This document shows positions 1 through 11,762 of a DNA stretch of 64,000 nt, in pieces (position 1 is the first letter of the stretch; each line of letters opens with the position of its first letter). Under the pieces are notes generated by a model. That model was not told where the DNA came from and ran no database searches. It worked only from the letters and a program-made list of their open reading frames with translations. A program made the translations under genes and the position numbers. Origin of the DNA: Octopus vulgaris (lineage: Eukaryota); NCBI GenBank assembly GCA_951406725.2, contig OX597834.1:17422001-17486000 (forward strand). Direction: 5' to 3'.

Positions 1-329
1 CACCACCACCACCACCACCACCACCATACTACTACTACTACTACTGTTGCTGTTGTTGTTTCTAAGTATATTGTCAAATTGAGATTGATGAAACGGTGAA
101 ATGTGACAGCCAAGAGATACTGAAGAGTTGTTTTAATGTAATCCAATCTAGTTATGGTTCGCATACAATTACAGGGGATGGTTGTTTGGTGTTGTTGTTG
201 TTGTTGTTGTTTAGCCCCAGGTCAGTTGAACTAACCGGACCTACGATGAAAATTGTCCAGTCATAACTATCCTGCTTTGTGCTTTTCACACAGTGTAAAC
301 CTGACGAGTAACTCCACGGGTGTTGGTGG

Positions 330-532
330 CAGAAAAAAGATAGAAGCACCCAGTTCACACTGTAGAGCGGTTGTTGGCATTAGGAAGGGCACCCAGCCAT
401 AGCGCTCCATATTGAAGGTAATCATGGAGCACAATGAGGACCAGTGCCTCACCAGATCCTGTCAAACTGTGCAACCCATGTATGGAAAACAAACCTTAAA
501 TGATGGTGGTGATGATGATGATGATGATGATA

Positions 533-565
<33 letters not shown>

Positions 566-645
566 GTGATGATGATGATGGTGATGGTGATGATCATGAT
601 GATCATGATGGTGATGGTGATGATCATGATGATGGTGATGATGAA
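330..645 (+). mobile_element. Old RTE LINE 3' UTR (family D) whose (GAT)n tail has expanded to ~145 bp
   Basis: gcacccagttcacactgtagagcggttgttggcattaggaagggcacccagcc...caacccatgtatggaaaa..ttaaatgatg matches family D copies at 1025, 20263 and 46485, and runs directly into (GAT/GGT)n at 500-645. Confidence 0.7.
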
Positions 646-990
646 GGAAAGTATTGCTCCCTCATGCATCTCAGCTGGTGCTGTTGCTATGCACCCAGAC
701 AATCTTGGACCACATCCAGAGAAAGTGGGATTGGATTTGTGCAAATTCTTTCCCCCACTATAAAATGTCCATCATGCACAAGGCATCGCTTGAAAGAAAA
801 AGAGGAAGACCTATCACAAAAGGGTCGGTTGTAGCCTTTGCATGTGTGGGACTTTTGATCAGGTGACGGCAATATTCATACACGAGTTTGTAGCTGTCAT
901 GAATATATATATATATATTTATACCCATACATGTATATTTATATATGTATATAGTAAGTAAACAAAGAATAAATATGTATATACATACAT

Positions 991-1021
<31 letters not shown>

Positions 1022-1024
1022 AAG

Positions 1025-1341
1025 GCCTCCCTTGGCACCTATGCCAGTGGCACATAAAAAGCGCCAACCGATCGTGGCTGTTGCCAGCCAACCCTGGCAC
1101 CAGGGCCAGTGGCATGTGAAAAGCACCATCCGTATGTGGCCAATGCCAGCGCTGCTTTGACTAAAAAGCACCCACTACACTCACGGAGTGGTTGGCGTTA
1201 GGAAGGGCATCCAGCTGTAGAAACACTGCCAGATTAGACTGGAGCCTGGTGCAGCCTCCTGACTTCCTAGACCCCGGTCGAACCGTCCAACCCATGCTGG
1301 CATGAAAAACGGATGTTAAACAATGATGATGATGATGATGA
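1025..1341 (+). mobile_element. RTE LINE 3' UTR (family D) with tandem gtgccagtggcac..aaaagcacc units and (GAT)n tail
   Basis: Near-identical to 46594-46968; ends ggatgttaaacaatgatgatg. Confidence 0.85.
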
Positions 1342-1456
1342 AAGATATATTTATACATATCTATGTATGTATATGTATATATGTATGTATATATCTATAT
1401 ATGTGTCTATCTATCTGTCTGTCTGTCTGTCTATCTATCAATCTATCTATCTATCA

Positions 1457-1493
<37 letters not shown>

Positions 1494-1521
1494 TATATAT
1501 ACATATATATATACACACACA

Positions 1522-1559
<38 letters not shown>

Positions 1560-1604
1560 CATATATAGATACACATATATATATATATATATACATATAT
1601 ATAT

Positions 1605-1665
<61 letters not shown>

Positions 1666-1735
1666 TACATACATACATGTGCATATACATATATATGCAT
1701 ACACACACACATATGTATATGTATTATATATATAA
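1340..1735. repeat. Compound (TA)n/(CTAT)n/(CA)n microsatellite
   Basis: Directly visible; source of the YIYI ORFs. Confidence 0.95.
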
Positions 1736-1797
1736 ATAATAAGGAGGAAATGGGGAAGTAATTAATAAAATATTATTTATTAATTGTAAAATGACAA

Positions 1798-1886
1798 CAT
1801 CTCTGACAGCTGTTTCGATTCAGTTATCTTTAGATAATTAATTTACAAAATTAAAATCATTATAAGATGAATCTCTTCAGAGGTAG
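1798..1886 (-). ncRNA. Type I hammerhead ribozyme, intact core, long stem II
   Basis: Minus strand reads acct-CUGAAGA-gauuca...ugaauc-GAAA-CAGCUG-UC-agag. Perfect 6-bp stem II, palindromic stem III (ACAGCUGU), GUC cleavage triplet ending at 1805; stem I is short. Confidence 0.75.
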
Positions 1887-2083
1887 TAAAGATATACTCA
1901 TTAGAAATACATGTTGCGATAATGACTGCAAACCATTAACTGATAGTATATATACAAAAAGAGCCAGTTATAGAAGGCATCAATCCAACATAAGGAGAGA
2001 AGGTAGTGTGTATTTTTAAGTCTTAAAGTAAGAAAAGAAGAGATTAATATAATATCATAAGGTATGATATTATATTATTTACA

Positions 2084-2492
2084 GCAGGCTTCTTTCAGTT
2101 TCTGTCTACCAAATCCACTCACAAGGCTTTGGTTGCCCCAAGGCTATAGTAGAAGACTCTTGCCCAAGGTGCCATGCCATGAAGCTGAACATGGAACCAT
2201 ATGGTTGGGAAGCAAGCTCCTTGTTTCTTTACTACCCACAAGGGGCTAAACATAGAAGGGACAAACAAGGACAGACAAACGGATTAAGTCAATTACATCG
2301 ACCCCCAGTGCGTAACTGGTACTTAATTTATCGACCCCGAAAGGATGAAAGGCAAAGTCAACCTCGGCGGAATTTGAACTCAGAATGTAACGGCAGACGG
2401 AATACGGCTACGCATTTCGCCCGGCGTGCTAACGATTCTGCCAGCTCGCCGCTGGGAAGCAAGCTCCTTACCACACAGCTACACCTGAGCCT
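2084..2492 (-). mobile_element. SINE family A 5' half, interrupted by a family B SINE
   Basis: Matches the head of the family A consensus (19601-20020); split at 2223-2452. Confidence 0.85.
2223..2452 (-). mobile_element. Young full-length SINE family B with 17-bp TSD
   Basis: A-box-like TGGCAGAATCGTTAG and B box GAGTTCAAATTCC on - strand; TSD tgggaagcaagctcctt at 2206-2222 and 2453-2469. Confidence 0.92.
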
Positions 2493-2559
2493 ATTTTGAT
2501 TGAGAAATTTTGGGGTTCTTGCTCTGGCTAACCAACTGAGTCTAACGGCAAGGAAATGA

Positions 2560-2900
2560 AGGAATTTGTTGGCTCTGGTCTCCATTATGCACCCAATAAT
2601 GCAGCTGAATCGCATGGACCTGAATAGCTCCAGGTGTTCAGCTCTATTAATACAGCCAACAACTTTTCCTGGTTAATTTTTGCTCCTGATACCACTTCTC
2701 ATTTCCCCCGATATGGTGCTTATTATCTCAATGTATTTGCTTTTCAACACCACAACAGTGCATTGTTGGCTTATGCCAACACACATCTCCCACATCCTAG
2801 TTCACCCAGGATGCCCCTCGATGTTTTCTGATTGTGCTGAAGTGGCCCAAGAGCCAGCAGATACAACAGGGGCAAGAAGGGACCTTGGAAGACTGGGCAG
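2560..2900 (-). pseudogene. Decayed L1/Tx1-clade reverse transcriptase fragment
   Basis: Manual translation with stops and frameshifts: VFQG-PFLPLLYLLALGPL...RGILGELGCGRCVLA*ANN/VTVVV...VSGAKINQEK, fitting the QGCPLSPLLY..ALEPL, YADD and GAKIN..K motifs. Confidence 0.65.
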
Positions 2901-3476
2901 TTCAGTTATAAATTCAGGTGATACAATTGTTCTACTTTTAGATATAAAATTGGGTTTTTAGAGAATGATTCATACGGTACAGGCATATGCATTAACACAA
3001 CTGGACAACTAACTGTATAGATACAGAGATAGCTAAAGTCAACAGAGATATAAAGAGTGACAGGCGTAAAATCCTTTCTGATAAGACTCTTTTAGATTTT
3101 CACTTTCAATACCGGATATCTATAAAAAAATAAAAAATAAAGTAAGAAGGAATAAATAAATAGATACTCCCTAACAAAAGAATCTTAAACACTTTAGTTG
3201 ACCAAACAGCAGAACATTATGACAATGAGTACACACCCACAAACTCTGGAATTTTGAACACCTAGAAGAGAAAAAAATCACAAACAAAACATAAAATACA
3301 CTACACACATGCAATGTACCCTGATTATATAAAAAAACCAAACCACAGCATGTATCATACCCAGTCATAAATCAATAGAATATATTAGAGAATAAGTTAT
3401 GATATTATTATAGTTAATTTTTGTGTCCGTCTTTATGTTCAGAGTTCAAATCCTGCCAAGTTTGATTTTGCTTTAA

Positions 3477-3677
3477 GGCGGTGAGCTGGCAGAAACGTTA
3501 GCATGCGGGGCGAAATGCTTAGTGGTATTTCATCTGCCGTTACGTTCTAAGTTCAAATTCTGTCGAGGTCAACTTTGCCTTTCATCCTTTTGGGGTTGAT
3601 AAATTAAGTACCATTAATTTATTGACCCCGAAAGAATGAAGGGCAGAGTTGACTATGACAGAATTTGAACTCAGAAC
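3477..3677 (+). mobile_element. SINE B copy followed immediately by an inverted SINE B segment (fold-back)
   Basis: 3544-3607 and 3614-3677 are reverse complements at about 54/64 positions, with loop gtacca. Confidence 0.85.
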
Positions 3678-4022
3678 ATAATAATAATAATAATAATAAT
3701 AATAATATGTACATATATATATATATATATATTCTTATTCTGAACTGATTTAGCCTTCTCATGTTAATTGCTTGGGGACAAGCTATTACTACTACTACTA
3801 CTACTACAACCATTGCTGTTGCTATTGTTGTTGTTGTTATATATATATTACTGATCAAATATTACCTTAAGGAAAGTGTTTAACTATGAAAACATCTACA
3901 TCATTGAAAGGCTGTTCTCTGGTGTCTATTGATCTCGCACCAGTTGGGAGGGGGGAACCTTACAGACCATGTGTTAAATATTGTATGGCCTACTTCACTC
4001 ATCTCGGATATCTTCCACCTTG

Positions 4023-4058
<36 letters not shown>

Positions 4059-4477
4059 ACGTGAAGCTACTCATATTTCTGATGATATTAAAGTAAAGAG
4101 TCAAGACAATTTTTCTTTCCTTCTTTCTCTATTACATACACACCTTCATTGGGAAAAGCATCATGCTTAAAAGAGTGTGTGTGTGTGTGTGTGTGTTTGC
4201 ATGTTTATGTATGTGTAATTCATGCACATAGTTATACACACATACACACATATATATATACACAAACACACACACATATATAGATACATAGAAATACATA
4301 TACATACTAACATTTAAAAGTTCACATTCAAATGTTTTCAAATACATTCATATGTTGCCTCTGTTTCCTCTCTCTGTTTCAATCATCATCATCATCATCA
4401 TCATCATCATTTGACACCCCCACACACACCTATACACACACATGCACACACACACACACACATCAATAAATATTTAT

Positions 4478-4937
4478 TGGTTTTGAATTCTGGCACAAGG
4501 CCAGCAATTTTGGGGAAGGGGTAAGTCAATTACATTGACACCCACTACCACCACCACCACGCTCTAAATTGGTCCCTATTTTATCAACCCCGAAAGGATG
4601 AAAGACAGAGTCAATCTCAGCAGAATTTGACCTCGAGACATAAAGATGGACAAAATGCCACGAAGCATTTTGCCTGGTGGGTTAACAATTCTGCCAGCTT
4701 GTTGCCTTAGAGCATACATGTGTTGGTTTCAAAGTTTGGCACAAGCCCAACAAGTTTGACGGTAGGGTTAAGTTGAATACATCAATCCCAGGGTTCAACT
4801 GGTGCTTATCTTATCAACCCTGAAAGGATGAAAGGCAAAGTCAACCTTGGTGAAATTTGAATTCAGAATGTAAAGACGGACAAAATGCCACTCTAGCATT
4901 TTGCCCAGTGTGCTAACAGTACTGCCAGCTTGCTGCT
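4478..4937 (-). mobile_element. Two tandem older SINE B copies (tail variant ggccttgtgccaaaatttgaaacc)
   Basis: Repeated ggcacaaggccagcaatttt...cccgaaaggatgaaag...aatttgaa.tcagaa...ctgccagct. Confidence 0.8.
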
Positions 4938-5059
4938 TTGCTAATTATACAGGGTGTCCCCCCAAAATAATAATACAGGGTGTCCCCCAAAAATGATAAT
5001 ACAGTGTGTCCTCCAAAAATTGACATCGTTCCATAGGCTAATAACATAGTCAAATATGT

Positions 5060-5245
5060 AAGATCGTTAGCTCCTACACGCATTTTTTTCTCTCCTTGTT
5101 TTTTTCTGTGTATCTTTCTGTTGAAGAGCATAGGCTCAAAACGTAAAAGACTTTTTCTATTCCTGAGTACTATACTAATACATTTGTTTGTTTGTACTCC
5201 TCCTGCCTTCGTCTTTTGTTTATTTTCGTAAACTTCCCCTTTATA
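5060..5245 (+). mobile_element. Penelope-like non-autonomous element with degenerate hammerhead (5113-5150)
   Basis: tcttt-CTGTTGA-a-gagc atag gctc-AAAA-CG-TA-aaaga; colinear with 51598-51767. Confidence 0.65.
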
Positions 5246-5299
5246 TAAAAACTAACCCAGTTTGGATTGGGTATGCCATTGAATATGACAATCTGCTGT

Positions 5300-5531
5300 T
5301 GAAATGGCCACCACTTCACCTGACTTGAAACCTTGTGATTTTTTTTCTATGGGGCTTTGTGTGGGGAGTGGTCTATATCCTCTTCCTACAAGCCTAGAGG
5401 AACTGAAGCAGAGAATCACTGAGGTGCTGGAAGATGTTATGCAAGACAAGCCACAGTGTGTTTGGCAGGAGCTGGACTACCGATTTGATGTGTGTCTTGT
5501 CACAGGTTGTGCACATATTGAACATTTGTGA
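5300..5531 (+). pseudogene. Tc1/mariner transposase C-terminal fragment (frameshifted)
   Basis: W/PP.SPDLKPCDFF.WG...LPTSLEELKQRITEVLEDV.QD...VWQELDYRFDVC.VT..AHIEHL*, the typical SPDLxPxDFF motif and GxHIEHL-type end. Confidence 0.85.
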
Positions 5532-5711
5532 AGCTTTGAGAAATCACATATAAAATCTACATCTCCCCAAATCTCCTGTTTGAATTTTGATAAATAAAAT
5601 CTTTTATTGTCCAACATGAAGCCTGTTTAATTTCATTTGCCTTGCACATGTTTTTCAGATAACCACATTTCAAATGGTGTCAATTTTGAGGGGGACACCC
5701 TGCACATATAT

Positions 5712-6330
5712 ATTGGCTTTAGAACTTGGCACAAGGCCAGCAATTTTGGGGGTAAGTCGATTACGCCGACTCTGGTGCTCAACTGGTGTTTATTCTATCA
5801 ACCCGGAAGGGATGAAAGGCAAAGTCAGCAGTTACTAAATTTGAATTCAAAATCAAAATGTAAAAACAAACAAAACACCACTAAGCATTTTGCCCAGTGT
5901 GCCAATGTTTCTTATTTCTTTATTGCCCACAAGTGGCTAAACATAGAGGGGACAAACAAGGACAGACAAAGGGATTAAGTCGATTACATCGACCCCAGTG
6001 CATAACTGGTACTTAATTAATCAACCCCGAAAGGATGAAAGGCAAAGTTGACCTCGGCGGAATTTGAACTCAGAACTTAGCGGCAGACGAAATACTGCTA
6101 AGCATTTTGCCTGGCGTGCTAACGTTTCTATCAGCTCGCCACAATAAGCACAGTAAATATTGATTTCAAATTTTGGCACAAGGCCAGCAGTTGTTGGGGA
6201 GGGTCTGAGTTGATTACATTGACTCCAGTATTCAACTGGTAGTTATTTTATCAACCCTGAAAGGATGAAAGGCAAAGTTGACTTTGGTGTAATTTGAACT
6301 CAGAATGTAGAGATGGACAAAATGCTGCTA
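5712..6330 (-). mobile_element. Cluster of three SINE B copies (young full copy at 5911-6140)
   Basis: Three occurrences of the aaggatgaaaggcaaagt central segment in the same orientation. Confidence 0.85.
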
Positions 6331-6917
6331 ATATCTTAATATGTAAATTGTGTACCATACCAAGCCAATACTTTGGGTTTTTTGTTAATAGAGCAGGTTT
6401 GTCAACCTATGGCAAACCCATTTTTAAGCATAAAATCAGATCTTCAGCTGTCTGATGGATGTTAGCAGACCTGTTCTATTAACAAGAAATCCAGGGCATC
6501 AGGATGGTAGTTTGTGTGTGTGTGAGGAACATGCTAAGTTGAATGGTTAAGAAGTTTACTTTGAACCATGAGATTCTAAGTTCAATCTCAGATCGCAGAA
6601 AATTATCTCCTGTCTTAGGCTAAAGTAAGCTCAATCTTTAGAAAGTGAAATCGAATGGATAGAAGCAGCAAGAAGCCTACAAGATGAACGAAGTGCATTT
6701 GTAGTTGAAATAGTCAGTCTCATCATAAGTGGCATCATGCTTTTTCTTCTTGGAACTTAGAGAAGAGCTGTCTGTGGAATATTCAGTCACTTATATTTAT
6801 GGCCATGATACACTGAGGCAGTAGTTTAGTTTCTAGGGCAACATTGTCAAACACAACTTGAGAGGAGAACTACCATTGCATGCTAATTCTCAAATATTTG
6901 AGTGCAAAAATATTATT

Positions 6918-7095
6918 CTGATGATAATGATGGTATTGTTTTTAGTGGTGGTGGTGGTGGTGATGATAATGATGGGGATGATTATGATGGTAGAGGTTGT
7001 GGTGGTGTCAACAACAATGAAGGTGGCAGTGGTGGTAGTTGTGGTTGTGGGGAGCTGGGATGGGGTGATGGTGTTGATGATGATGATGAAAATCA
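6918..7095. repeat. Degenerate (GAT/GGT)n trinucleotide repeat
   Basis: Directly visible. Confidence 0.9.
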
Positions 7096-7434
7096 TATTC
7101 ATGATGCATAATAATTTCTTCCTCATTTTGACCTTAATTTATGCTCAGCTATGGTATTTTGATTTGCACCGATGGAATGCAATGTTTACACAATAGTCTG
7201 CATCCTGTATTTATATCATTAACATTAGGTTGGACAAGATAAACTGTAGTCTATTTAGACCAGGGGTGGGAAAAAACTTTTTAGTGTGGCGGACAAAAAT
7301 TTCCAATGAAAAAGGTTCGTGGGCAGACCACAAATTCTAACTCTTATATCTGTGTAAATCTTGTATATATCTATGTATAATTCTATGTGTGGAGGCCCAG
7401 TTAAACACTGGTGATGATGATGATATGTATACAT

Positions 7435-7537
<103 letters not shown>

Positions 7538-7586
7538 CATATATGTACACACATATATATATGCATATATATATATATTATATATA

Positions 7587-7631
<45 letters not shown>

Positions 7632-7699
7632 AAAAATGAAACCATATAATAGTGAAACTAAGAGATTGCTCTGGCATCACATTGGGCAAGAAGTTGAAA

Positions 7700-7883
7700 A
7701 TCTTTTTGGCCCATGACACTCCATGGACTCCAACTAAGGCATGTGTAAAATTTGAATGAACTCAGTTGGGTAGTTCTCGAGTTTTAGGGATGTACGCATT
7801 CAGACAGACAGATAGACAAACAGACAGACAGACACACATACACATACATACACACACACATTCTCAGTTTTATATATGTGTAG
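7700..7883 (+). mobile_element. Non-autonomous Helitron/Helentron-like 3' part
   Basis: aaatttgaatgaactcagttgggtagttctcgagtt + (GACA)n/(CATA)n + ttttatatatgtgtag follows the architecture of DINE-1/Lep1-type elements (pattern recognition only). Confidence 0.5.
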
Positions 7884-8099
7884 TTATATAATTTTAGAGA
7901 TGAACATTTAAAAATATTTACATCTCTTCTACAGTCAAACTCTTATCAAAATCAGATGTTTTGTTTCCTGATGTGCACAAAGTACTGGGCTGGATTTGAA
8001 CCAGGAGTCTTTATTTCTAAACCAAGTGTTTATTCCTAAATTAAAAGTTTATCCTTCAGGCCACTGACACAGGAATAGATCAAATGATAATAGGGTGAA

Positions 8100-8428
8100 G
8101 ACCCCCTTCAGTCATGAATGACCATGGGATCGAACCTAGAAAGTTACCTTCCGAGGCACAAGTCTGGGCAAGGTTGTTTGTGGAAGGCCAGCAGTTGCCC
8201 ATGCATACCAGCCTCCCTTCTCCGTGCCACCGATGTTATCCAAGGGAAAGGCAAAGGTCGATACAGATTGGCAAAAGTGATGTCACAAATCTTTTTACAG
8301 CTGAATTAACTGGAGAATGTGAAATAAAGTCTTGCTCAAGAACACAACACGCAGCCCGGTCCAGGAATTGAACTCATAACCTCATGATTGTAAGCTTGAC
8401 GCTCTAACCACTGAGCCACGCGCCTTCA
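8100..8428 (-). mobile_element. tRNA-headed SINE (family C head with a distinct body)
   Basis: - strand gaaggcgcgtggctcagtggttag (A box)...gagttcaattcc (B box)...gtgttcttgagcaagac. Confidence 0.8.
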
Positions 8429-8721
8429 CACAAAAAAACAGGGTAACCTGAGGTTAAACAACAACATTATACAGCAGAGATTATAAGAAGACGAAAATAG
8501 ACTAAATGGTGAATGACAGCCAGATAGAATTATAAAATGGTTAACTTAAATCAAATGATAATAATTGGAGATCAAACTGCTTGAAACATAGTTGATAGAT
8601 GTAAACATTTCACTGGCTGTTTTGTCTCTAAAGTTATGTTTAATGGTCCAAAAAATTATAATCTTATTAGCAGCAACTGTTGATAATTGCGGATCAATCC
8701 AATCAAAGCACACTGGGTTTA

Positions 8722-9050
8722 CTTAGGTATAAGCTGCATTATTTTACACTTGATTTTTAACTGTAAAATTGGGGTGTGACTTATACATGAGGTAAAGCTA
8801 AAATTATGAAGGATAAAAATTTTGGATCAAGATTTAACACTAAATTAGAAGCGTGAGTTATACATGAGGCTAAACTAAAGTTATGAAGGGAGAAAATTTG
8901 GTAGAAATTAGGGGTGGAACTTATACATGGGGTGAAGCTAAAACTATGAAGGGAAAAATTTTGTCTCTAGATTTGGCACTAAATAAGAGGTGCAAATTAT
9001 ACACAGAACTATGAAGGAAAAAAATTTTGTATGAAGATTTAACATTAAAT
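8722..9050. repeat. Tandemly repeated subterminal segment of a pogo/Tigger-like MITE
   Basis: Four units of ttatacatgagg..aagctaaaa.tatgaagg..aaaatttt; reverse-complement homolog at 21317-21510 begins ccataatttgctcgagtataagccgcac. Confidence 0.6.
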
Positions 9051-9615
9051 CTTTGGGCTTTGCTAAATAATCTAAGATAGGATTTGAACTCAGAATGTAA
9101 AGAACTGGGGTTAAATACTGCAGGATATTTTGTTCAAGACTTTAACAGTTCTGCCACTCCATATTACACATTACATATGCTGATTAAAAAACTGAAACTT
9201 TAAGATGTGTTGACCTTAGTGGAATTAGAACTCAGAACATTAAAAGCCTGGATAAATATGGAATAAACACTCTCACAGTTCTGCCAGTCCCTTCAACACA
9301 CACACTCCTAACGTTCCATATACTGATTAAAAGACAAAATGTCTAAGATGAGTTGATGCTAATAAGATTATCGTTTTTCAAACCACTGAACTCTTTTAAG
9401 ACAAATTCAGTTTTTTTTTCAATTTGATCTAATTTAAAAAAAATATTCTCGTCTACTCTGTGCTCTGATTGGTTTGATACCTGATAATCAGGTGTTGTTA
9501 ATCAGATTAAAATTTTTCAAACAACTAACCTTTTTCATACCAACTTACTTGAGATTTTGTCTGATTCTTAGTTATAAAAAGTCTTTTCTTTTGAAATTTT
9601 TAGATTTAAATTAAC

Positions 9616-9996
9616 AGCTGCGTGATAAGTAGCTTGCTTACCAACCACATGGTTACAGGTTCAGTCCCACTGCATGGTACCTTGGGCAAGTGTCTTCTAT
9701 TATAGCCTCAGGCTGACCAAAGCCCTGTGAGTGGATTTGGTAGACAGAAACTGAAAATAACCCATTGTGTATATATATATATATATATACATACGGCGGA
9801 CTTGTGTGTCTGTGTTTGTCTCCTCACCATTGCTTGACAACTGATGTTGGTGAGTTTACGTCACTGTAACTTAGCGGTTCGACAAAAGAGACCGATAGAA
9901 TAAGTACTAGGCTTACAAAGAATAAGTCATGGGGTCGATTTGTTCGACTAAAGGTGGTGCTCCAGCATGGCTGCTGAAACAAATAAAAGAATAAAA
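9616..9996 (+). mobile_element. SINE family A
   Basis: Near-full match to family A consensus. Confidence 0.9.
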
Positions 9997-10316
9997 AAAT
10001 AAATGAATAAAGCCCCCCACCTTCTCAACTAAATGGTGGTTGGTTCAGCCCCATTGCATGGCACCTTAGGCAAACATCTTCTATTAAGCTTTGGGCCCAG
10101 CAAAGCTCAAAGACTTATGAGTGAATTTGGTAGAGAGAAACTGAAAGAAGCCTGTCATGCATATTTTGTTTTACATGATTCAGTCATTTGACTGTGGCCA
10201 TGCTAGAGCACTGCCTTAAAAGGGTTTCAGTTGAAGAAATTAATCCCAGGACTTATTCTTTTCGAGCCTAGTACTTATTCCATTGGTTTCTTTTGCCAAA
10301 CTGCTAAGTTACAGAG

Positions 10317-10639
10317 TGTTGGATAAATAATTTAACGAAACAGGCATAAAGAAAATATTTACACTACACACTACAATCTCTGTTACGCAAGGTTAAATGA
10401 TCTCTACCAACAGCTCACTGTGAACTGCTTCACCTCAATTGCTGACAGTTCTTTATTTTATAGTAATGTGTCAGTCCACTTTTAGTTACTTGGGGGTGGT
10501 CAGAATCCCTCCACAACAAAATATGTTAGGAAAATCTCCACTCAACTGTGCAACTTTGGCAGTAATGAAGTGACACACCAGCTGGAATACTCTTAACCAT
10601 CATATCAATATTCTTTATCGGTAATATCCTTATCGAACA
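10317..10639 (-). mobile_element. Possible solo LTR
   Basis: TG...CA ends with 9/10 inverted terminus tgttggataa/ttatcgaaca; tataaaataaa on - strand; flanks cagag/caatg are only a partial TSD. Confidence 0.4.
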
Positions 10640-11424
10640 CAATGTGCATGCACACACACACACATACACGCATGTACTCATATCCTATCATTCATGCACA
10701 CATTCACACACATATATGTCCATATTGTTTTGGTCATGCACACACATATAAATCATTTACACATACACACACGTATATCACTCACTCACTCATAGACAGA
10801 TACACATTGTATCATTCATATATACACACATACATTGCCTCAGTCATTCACATATACACGTGTGCATGCACACACACACAAACACACACATATTGTCTCA
10901 GTTAGTCACACACACACACACACATCCATGTCCTTTTATTCATTCACAAATGCCTACACCTTCTCTTTAAAAACAAATTGCATTAAGGGAGATGATACAC
11001 CGGAAAAAGAAGAACCAACAGATGTGATATTAATATTGGTTTCAAATTTTGACACAAGGCCAGCAATTTTGAGGGAGGGGTTAAGTTGACTGCATCAACC
11101 CCAATGCTCAACTGGTACATATTCTATTGACCCCTGCAAAGATGAAAGTCAAAGTTGACCTTTGAAGAATTTGGACTCAGATTGTAAAGATGGATGAAAT
11201 GCCAGGCACAGGAGTGGCTGTGTGGTAAGAAGCTTGCTTTTCAGCCACATGGTTTTGGGTTCAGCCCCACTTATGGTACCTCGAGCAAGCATCTTTTACA
11301 TGCTTTTACATGGCACTGGCACATGACTCTTGCAGGCCAATCCTTTTCATCAGGAGAACAAGCCTTAACACTTCTGTTGTGGAGTACAGGTCTTTTTCAG
11401 TACAGCAAGGTGCCAGGCATCTCT

Positions 11425-11762
11425 ATAACACTTTTTGTATTTAAAACAACTATAAAAAAACCCAAATATTCTATTCTATGTTCAAGCCAACCAGCTCTGG
11501 CTGCTCACACCTATCCTACAATGACATTCTAAAAATAACAATCACATCAAAATCTCAAAGCTATGAGATAACGCCTGATTCATTCAGTACATCATCATCA
11601 TCGTTTAACGTCCGCTTTCCATGCTAGCATGGGTTGGACAGTTCAACTGGGGTCTGGGAAGCCCGAAGGCTGCACCAAGCCAGTCAGATCTGGCAGTGTT
11701 TCAATACAATGTGAATAAATAAAAATTACATTTGATAGAATACTCTGAATTCTAAAAAGTTA
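11425..11762. mobile_element. TTAA-type (piggyBac-like) MITE family 2, interrupted by an RTE tail at 11590-11702
   Basis: Homologous to 60301-60474 and to the reverse complement of 40845-41065. Confidence 0.6.

Larger units (their letters stand above)
4950..5702 (+). mobile_element. Internally deleted Tc1/mariner-superfamily transposon
   Basis: TIR cagggtgtcc..caaaattgaca.c at left (three tandem copies at 4950, 4976, 5002) and ggtgtcaattttgagggggacaccctg at 5676-5702; TA at 4948-4949; transposase C-terminus inside. Confidence 0.85.

Noticed and set aside
301-340. CUGACGA motif (also at 26187 and at 58382 on -)
   Set aside because: No stem II closing onto GAAA
412-834. 140-aa Asp-rich ORF
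   Set aside because: It is the translation of a (GAT)n LINE tail
1313-1761. [12 protein letters not shown] ORFs here and throughout the ORF track
   Set aside because: Dinucleotide microsatellites lack stop codons; no coding signal
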